Below, in pieces: positions 26,369-32,000 of a stretch of DNA of 32,000 nucleotides (positions are counted from its first letter, which is position 1; every line of letters begins with the position of its first letter). This DNA comes from Gammaproteobacteria bacterium Psp_hYS2021 (GTDB taxonomy: Bacteria > Pseudomonadota > Gammaproteobacteria > G963455285): contig OY734021.1 in NCBI GenBank assembly GCA_963455285.1, forward strand, positions 1,054,613 to 1,086,612. The letters run 5' to 3'. The notes below the pieces were generated by a model, which was given only the letters and a program-made list of their open reading frames with translations, was not told the origin of the DNA and searched no databases. Both the position numbers and the translations under genes were made by a program.

Positions 26369-28966
26369 ATGAATAATAAAATAGAAACTATAAATAATTT
26401 TCAACTAAAAAATAAAAATTACGCTCAGGAAATTCCAAACTTAAAAGTAATGAAGTTTGGTGGATCATCACTTGGTTCCCATGAAAGTATGATTCAAGCC
26501 GCAAGAATAATAAAGTCTGCTTATGAGGCAAATCCATATATAATTGTAACTGCTTCGGCAGCAGGTGATACTACAGATGATTTAATTGAAATTTATAAGC
26601 TAATCAAATCTCAAAAGCCTAAAAAAGCTATAGCACTCTACAATAGAATAGAAAAAAAACACTATACTATGCTAGGTGAGATACTTAAAAATGAGGAGTT
26701 TAATTATGTTTGGAAAAATGAGCTTCATCCTTTATTGTTAAAACTGAAAAATATAATTAAAGGTGCAAGTGTGTTAGGCGATATAACTGATCGTGGCTAT
26801 GCTCATATCTGTGCTTTTGGAGAAGGGCTATCTAATATATTATTCCATCAATTACTTCTATCTGAAGACTTGCCTAGCTATAGAATGAATACTGCTGATA
26901 ATAATATAGTCAGAACTGATAGTTCCTATAGCTTTGCAAATGTTAATTTTAAGAGCACAAAAAATGCTTTTCAAAAGATAGTTTTACCTTCAGTTAGAGA
27001 AAAACAAATACCATTATTAACTGGGTTTATAGGCAGAGATTCTAATGGAAATACTACATTGCTTGGTAGAGGAAGTAGCAATTATACGGCTACAATAGCT
27101 GCTTTTTGTTTGAATGCTACTTGTGTTGAAATTTGGACTGACACAGATGGTGTTTTAGTAGCTGACCCTAGAATTATCAAAAATGTTGCAACTATTAGTG
27201 AGCTTACTTATAAAGAAGCTATAGATTTAGCTTTTTTTGGTGCACAAATAATAAATCAAATGTCTATTTCTCCTGCTATGGAAGCAAATATTCCTATATA
27301 TATAAGGAATACATTCAATCCTACAGCAATCGGTACTGTTATAAAAAATAAACTGGATAACTATATATCTGTGAGTGAAGCACCTAAAGATAAGCCTCTT
27401 TTTAGGAGGAATATCAGAGTAGCAGGTATTACATGTATTAAACATGTAGCAGTATTTAGTCTTAATGGTCTAAATATGTCTGGCAAACCAGGAGTTTCAG
27501 AAAGATTATTTAGAGCTACTAGGCGTGCTAATGCAAGTGTTATTTTAATAACTCAAGCTTCATCAGAGCATGCTATTTGTTTTGCTACACACTTAGATGA
27601 TAATAAGAACTATCAAGCTTTAAGGTCATTAATTGAAGAGGAATTCAGTTTTGAATTTTCAAAGTTACTAATGAAATTAGATGTTGTTTTAGATCAAGCA
27701 ATTATATCTGTTGTTGGTGAAGATATGTCACTATTGCCAGGAATATCAGGTCGTTTACTAAAAACGATTGGTAAAGCTCATATTAACTTAAGGGCCATAG
27801 CACAAGGATCATCTGATAATAGTATATCTTTTGTTGTCAACGCTAGTGATGCAAATTTAGCAGTTGAGCTTTTACATGAAAATTTCTTTGCTAAAACAAG
27901 TACTATAAATATTGCCTTATTGGGCATAGGGAATGTAGGTACTAAGCTTATGGAAATTATGTACGAGCGGCAAAAAGCTTTTAAACTTGAAAATGGTATT
28001 GAATTAAAAGTATTTTTGATTGCAAATAGTCAGAAAGTACTATTTAATTCAAAAGGAATATCATTGAAAAACTGGCATAATGATTTCAAAAATAAAGCAG
28101 TGCCATATTCTGATGATTTACCAAAACGTATCTCAAAGACAAAGCTACACAATAGAGTTGTAATAGATTGCACAACGAGCATGGACATAGTCAGTCAGTA
28201 TAGTAACTTTATTGATTTAGCAGATTCTCACATTATAACACCGAATAAGCTGGCAAATTCATTACCATTAGAGCAATACAAAACTCTTATGAATACTTTT
28301 GCGATTAGAAATAAAAAATTTTATTATGAGACAAATGTTGGTGCAGCGCTTCCTATAATCTCTACTATTAAGGACCTTATTCTAACAGGCGATAATATCA
28401 AAAAAATAGAAGGAATTTTTTCTGGTACCTTGAATTATCTATTGGATCAATATGATGCTAAAAAATCTTTTGGTCAGCTATTAAAAGAAGCTAAAGAAGC
28501 AGGTTTTACAGAAAGTGACCCAAGAGATGATTTATCAGGTATGGATGTAGCTAGAAAACTATTAATTCTTGCCAGAGAATTGGGTTATGAAATTAATTTA
28601 GAGCAAGTAAAAATTGAAAGTATGCTTCCAGAGGCTGTCAAAAAAATTAAGGAAATAGATAAAATATATTCTCATTTCGGTGAATTTGATTTGAAAATAA
28701 AAAACCTATATACGGATGCTAAAAAGAAAGGGAAAATTTTGAAATACATAGGAGAAGTGTCTGCTAATACTGTCGAAGCTAAAATTGTAGCTATAGATCC
28801 TTTACATCCTTTTGCTACAGTGAAAGCTACAGATAATATTTTTGGTATTACATCGACTTATTACTCTAAAATGCTTATCATTCAAGGTTCTGGGGCTGGT
28901 AATACTATAACTGCAGTTGGAGTATTACATGACTTAATAAAGCTGGGTAAAGACCTTATTGAGTAA
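26369..28966 (+). CDS. thrA: Bifunctional aspartokinase / homoserine dehydrogenase
   Basis: Aspartokinase N-terminus VMKFGGSSLG, ACT-region segments, then homoserine dehydrogenase (LLGIGNVGT ... GFTESDPRDDLSGMDVARKLLILARE). The track start at 26369 adds 27 aa before the usual MKFGGS. The ATG at 26450 is an alternative start. Confidence 0.9.
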   Translation: MNNKIETINNFQLKNKNYAQEIPNLKVMKFGGSSLGSHESMIQAARIIKSAYEANPYIIVTASAAGDTTDDLIEIYKLIKSQKPKKAIALYNRIEKKHYTMLGEILKNEEFNYVWKNELHPLLLKLKNIIKGASVLGDITDRGYAHICAFGEGLSNILFHQLLLSEDLPSYRMNTADNNIVRTDSSYSFANVNFKSTKNAFQKIVLPSVREKQIPLLTGFIGRDSNGNTTLLGRGSSNYTATIAAFCLNATCVEIWTDTDGVLVADPRIIKNVATISELTYKEAIDLAFFGAQIINQMSISPAMEANIPIYIRNTFNPTAIGTVIKNKLDNYISVSEAPKDKPLFRRNIRVAGITCIKHVAVFSLNGLNMSGKPGVSERLFRATRRANASVILITQASSEHAICFATHLDDNKNYQALRSLIEEEFSFEFSKLLMKLDVVLDQAIISVVGEDMSLLPGISGRLLKTIGKAHINLRAIAQGSSDNSISFVVNASDANLAVELLHENFFAKTSTINIALLGIGNVGTKLMEIMYERQKAFKLENGIELKVFLIANSQKVLFNSKGISLKNWHNDFKNKAVPYSDDLPKRISKTKLHNRVVIDCTTSMDIVSQYSNFIDLADSHIITPNKLANSLPLEQYKTLMNTFAIRNKKFYYETNVGAALPIISTIKDLILTGDNIKKIEGIFSGTLNYLLDQYDAKKSFGQLLKEAKEAGFTESDPRDDLSGMDVARKLLILARELGYEINLEQVKIESMLPEAVKKIKEIDKIYSHFGEFDLKIKNLYTDAKKKGKILKYIGEVSANTVEAKIVAIDPLHPFATVKATDNIFGITSTYYSKMLIIQGSGAGNTITAVGVLHDLIKLGKDLIE

Positions 28967-29029
28967 ATAAAATACAAATCTACTGCCTATGTAAAGATAC
29001 GATGTATACATATTTTTAGAGTAAATTAT

Positions 29030-30043
29030 ATGAATGCTGAAACTCATTATTTGCAATCAAAAACTAAACAGTTTAAAAATAAATATGTTCGCTCTTTTGC
29101 TCCTGCCAGCGTTGCAAATTTGGGTGTCGGATTTGATGTTTTAGGTATGTCTATAGGCTCTTTGGGTGATGAAGTAAGTGCAAAGAGACTGCCAAAAAAG
29201 GGTGAGTTTATATTTAAAATGGACTCTAGTTTAGATGTAGACTTAACAGATAACCCTGATGATAATATAGCCGCACAAGTTGCAAAAAAAATATTATTTG
29301 ATTTTAATCCTGACTGGGGAGTCGAAATTACGTTACATAAAAATATGCCTATTGGTTCAGGCCTTGGTAGTTCTGCGTCTAGCTCTGTAGCGTCTGCTGT
29401 TGCAATAAATGGACTATTTGATGAACCTATGGATAAGAATAGCTTAATTCCTTATGTTTTATATGGTGAAGGCTTGGCAACAGGAGTAGAGCATGGTGAT
29501 AATGTTGTGCCATCTCTTATAGGTGGATGTTGTTGTATAGGATTTGATAGTAAAATAAAAGATGAAAATATAATAGATAAGTTTTATAGTATACCTATTC
29601 ATGAAAAATTTGTCTTTACAATTATTCATCCAAATTTAATAATCAATACTAAGGATGCAAGGAAAGTACTACCTGATACAGTAAGTCTTGCAACTATGAC
29701 AAGGCAAATAAGCCAAGCTAGTTGCCTCATATTTGGTCTAATGCAAGGTAATGAGAGTATTATAAGCAAGTATTTATATGATGATGTAGTTACTACTCCT
29801 AGATCAAAACTGATTGCTCATTTTAGTGATGTTCGTCAAGCTGCACTAAATAGTGGTGCAAGTGGAGTTGGGATATCAGGTTCAGGTCCTTCTTTATTTG
29901 CTATATCGACGTCACAAACAAAAGCACAAAATGCAGCCATTGCAATGCAGTCAGTTTTTTCAAGTAACAATATATTTTCTCGATACTACACTTCTAAAGT
30001 AGATAAAAAAGGTGCTCATATTATTGAAAGCTCTATAGATTAG
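29030..30043 (+). CDS. thrB: Homoserine kinase
   Basis: GHMP-kinase signature: FAPASVANLGVGFDVLG and PIGSGLGSSASSSVA. About 20 aa of N-terminal extension relative to typical ThrB. Confidence 0.9.
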   Translation: MNAETHYLQSKTKQFKNKYVRSFAPASVANLGVGFDVLGMSIGSLGDEVSAKRLPKKGEFIFKMDSSLDVDLTDNPDDNIAAQVAKKILFDFNPDWGVEITLHKNMPIGSGLGSSASSSVASAVAINGLFDEPMDKNSLIPYVLYGEGLATGVEHGDNVVPSLIGGCCCIGFDSKIKDENIIDKFYSIPIHEKFVFTIIHPNLIINTKDARKVLPDTVSLATMTRQISQASCLIFGLMQGNESIISKYLYDDVVTTPRSKLIAHFSDVRQAALNSGASGVGISGSGPSLFAISTSQTKAQNAAIAMQSVFSSNNIFSRYYTSKVDKKGAHIIESSID

Positions 30044-30236
30044 CTTGAATATCTATAAATATCGTCAAAATAGTTATAACAAGCTGTTATAATATTTTTA
30101 ATAAAGCAAAAAAATATCAATAAATATCAATAAAATAATTTAATATCCTTAGTTATTTAGTTTAAATAGGCTGAATTATAGAGTAAGCTGGCTATTAGAT
30201 TACTTTATCCAACTAATTATAAAAATTATATGAAAT

Positions 30237-31568
30237 ATGAAATGGCTAAACAGTAAAAATATAGAACAAAAAGTTACTCTAGAACAAGCAGTTTTCAATT
30301 CTTTACCTCCAGAAAAGGATAGTTTATATATTCCTGAAACCTTACCTAAAATCGTAAATAGTAACAATGTTAGAGGATTACAAAATTTAAACTATCAAGA
30401 GCTAAGTTATAAAATACTTACTCATTTTATAGATGAAGATGAGATTCCACCTGCCATATTGAAGTTAATTGTAGATGAAGCATTAAACTTCCAATTGCCT
30501 ATATTACCTGTAAAGAGAAGTATTGCAGTATTAGAGTTATTCCATGGGCCAAGTTTATCATTTAAGGATTTTGGTGCCAGATTAATGGCAAGCATTATGT
30601 CATATTTTCTAACTAAACAAGATAAAAAGCTTAAAATTATAGTTGCAACTTCGGGAGATACTGGAAGTGCTGTAGCTGAAAGCTTTCACTCTATGCCGAA
30701 TATAGATGTATTTGTTTTATATCCGAAAAATAAAATTAGTTTATTTCAAGAAAAGCAAATAACTACACTTGGAGAAAATATCCATGCTATATCTATTAAT
30801 GGAAATTTTGATGATTGTCAAAAATTACTTAAGCAGTCTTTATCAGATGATGATTTAAATAAAAAGCATTATATAACAACATGTAATTCTATAAATATAG
30901 GTCGACTACTTGCACAAATTACCTATTATGCTTATGTATCCTTAAAGTATGAAAATAAACCTAATATAGTAGTTCCTAGTGGAAACTTAGGTAATCTAAC
31001 AGCTGGAATTTACGCAAAACATTTAGGTTTTCCTATAGATAAATTTATCGCCGCTACTAATAGTAATGATACATTCACTAGATATTTAGAAACCGGAGAG
31101 CTAAACCCTAGAGAAACTATTCCTACTATTTCCAATGCTATGGATGTAAGCCGTCCAAGCAACCTAGAAAGAATTAGAAGTCTGTATAAAGACGATATAA
31201 ATTTAATGAAAAATGACTTAAAAAGTATAAGTGTTACACAAGAGCAAACTCTTGAAACTATAAAAAATACTTTTGAGTTATATAAAAAAATTATCTGTCC
31301 TCACACAGCTGTGGCACTTTATGCAGCGAATTATTATCAAGAGAAGAGTATTGAGGCTGCCCAGGCAGAAGGGAAGAAAGATCGAACACAATACCTAGTA
31401 TTAGCTACAGCTCATCCATCAAAATTTCAAGATGTCATTGAGCCACTAATACCAAATGCTAAGTTTGATTCTGTTGAGAGTTTTTTGGCCATTCCTAATT
31501 CTTCTACGTCACTAGAGTTAGAAAATGATTATGCTAGTTTGAAAAACATCATAGAAAAAAATAAGTGA
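30237..31568 (+). CDS. thrC: Threonine synthase
   Basis: 443 aa. E. coli-type N-terminus (VTLEQAVFNSLPPEKDSLYIPETLP), PLP-lysine context HGPSLSFKDFG, and ATSGDTGSAV. Confidence 0.9.
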   Translation: MKWLNSKNIEQKVTLEQAVFNSLPPEKDSLYIPETLPKIVNSNNVRGLQNLNYQELSYKILTHFIDEDEIPPAILKLIVDEALNFQLPILPVKRSIAVLELFHGPSLSFKDFGARLMASIMSYFLTKQDKKLKIIVATSGDTGSAVAESFHSMPNIDVFVLYPKNKISLFQEKQITTLGENIHAISINGNFDDCQKLLKQSLSDDDLNKKHYITTCNSINIGRLLAQITYYAYVSLKYENKPNIVVPSGNLGNLTAGIYAKHLGFPIDKFIAATNSNDTFTRYLETGELNPRETIPTISNAMDVSRPSNLERIRSLYKDDINLMKNDLKSISVTQEQTLETIKNTFELYKKIICPHTAVALYAANYYQEKSIEAAQAEGKKDRTQYLVLATAHPSKFQDVIEPLIPNAKFDSVESFLAIPNSSTSLELENDYASLKNIIEKNK

Positions 31569-31644
31569 ATCAACTAAATAGTATATTCAATTATAAATTC
31601 TTATAGAAGATATTTTTATCTTGAATATATATTAAAATACTGCT

Positions 31645-32000
31645 ATGTGTTCTGATAGTTCTAGTCATAGGTATAATCAGTGCTTTGAAACCAGTACAAA
31701 ATTAAACTGGGAGAGTCTTTTAAATAATGATAGGCTATACAAAAATGATTCACTGGATAACTTTGGACGGAGTTCTTTTGAGATAGATTTTGATAAGATA
31801 GTTTTTTCGTTAAGCCTACGCAGACTAGCTGATAAAACACAAGTACATCCACGAACTTATTTAAATATAGGTCATATTCACAATAGGTTAACCCATAGTT
31901 TAGAAGTTAGCTCTGTGGGTCGAAGTCTTGGCTGGTTACTTGGGAATTATTTGCAAGAGCAAAAAGTTTTACCTGAAAATAAATCTATAAATGACATAGC
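31645..32000 (+). CDS. dgt: dGTPase-family (deoxyguanosinetriphosphate triphosphohydrolase-like) HD-domain protein, 5' part only
   Basis: Not in the ORF track because it is open at the right edge. Translation from the ATG at 31645 gives ...FGRSSFEIDFDKIVFSLSLRRLADKTQVHPRTYLNIGHIHNRLTHSLEVSSVGRSLGW. This matches the conserved R..F..D.D.I..S..FRRL..KTQV ... H..RLTHSLEV..VGRSL N-terminal pattern of dGTPase-family proteins. Confidence 0.8.
   Translation, partial: MCSDSSSHRYNQCFETSTKLNWESLLNNDRLYKNDSLDNFGRSSFEIDFDKIVFSLSLRRLADKTQVHPRTYLNIGHIHNRLTHSLEVSSVGRSLGWLLGNYLQEQKVLPENKSINDI

Noticed and set aside
24363-27445. Minus-strand ORFs inside accB (24363-24686), accC (25464-25664) and thrA (27227-27445)
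   Set aside because: These are antisense shadows of highly conserved housekeeping genes.
30112-30131. Perfect 2x 10-bp tandem repeat aaatatcaat in the thrB-thrC spacer, and a nearby 8-bp AT hairpin (30074-30092)
   Set aside because: Two copies of a 10-mer and an all-A/T stem are expected by chance in DNA this AT-rich. There is no supporting context for a binding site or an effective terminator.
31661-31852. 63-aa minus-strand ORF
   Set aside because: It is antisense to the 5' end of the dGTPase-family gene. That gene's + frame from 31645 shows the FRRL..KTQV / RLTHSLEV..VGRSL signature and stays open to the window end.

Overview
The window is very AT-rich bacterial chromosomal DNA. Gene content and order (dsbD, aroQ-accB-accC, a bifunctional thrA-thrB-thrC operon, greA, comEC) look gammaproteobacterial, but I cannot name the genus from sequence alone. 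Most of it is housekeeping: dsbD (partial), a Pal/OmpA lipoprotein, fhs, leuD-leuB, comEC, ilvC, a HIT protein, greA, aroQ, accB, accC, thrA, thrB, thrC and the 5' end of a dGTPase-family gene. Two accessory regions stand out. (1) At 6.2-14.5 kb there is a small dTDP-sugar islet: rmlA, rmlB, a DegT-type aminotransferase, a WbtJ-like N-formyltransferase and a convergent WecF/GT56-like transferase. Two tandem, roughly 95% identical genes interrupt it. Each encodes a predicted AAA-ATPase fused to a PD-(D/E)XK nuclease domain (DUF1703-like), a family with no established function. A chimeric scar follows them, made of a wbqC 5' stub joined to a frameshifted 3' remnant of a second aminotransferase. 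This pair is my best candidate for an undescribed system. (2) At 19.7-23.2 kb there is a PP2C phosphatase plus a membrane-spanning Hanks Ser/Thr kinase. The kinase's extracytoplasmic C-terminus is an FGE/SUMF1-like domain that lacks the catalytic cysteines, so it is probably a sensor. I saw no rRNA, tRNA, CRISPR array, transposase or integrase. A 766-bp ORF-free spacer at 18.5-19.3 kb is unexplained. All calls come from reading the translations and motifs by eye; no database search was run.
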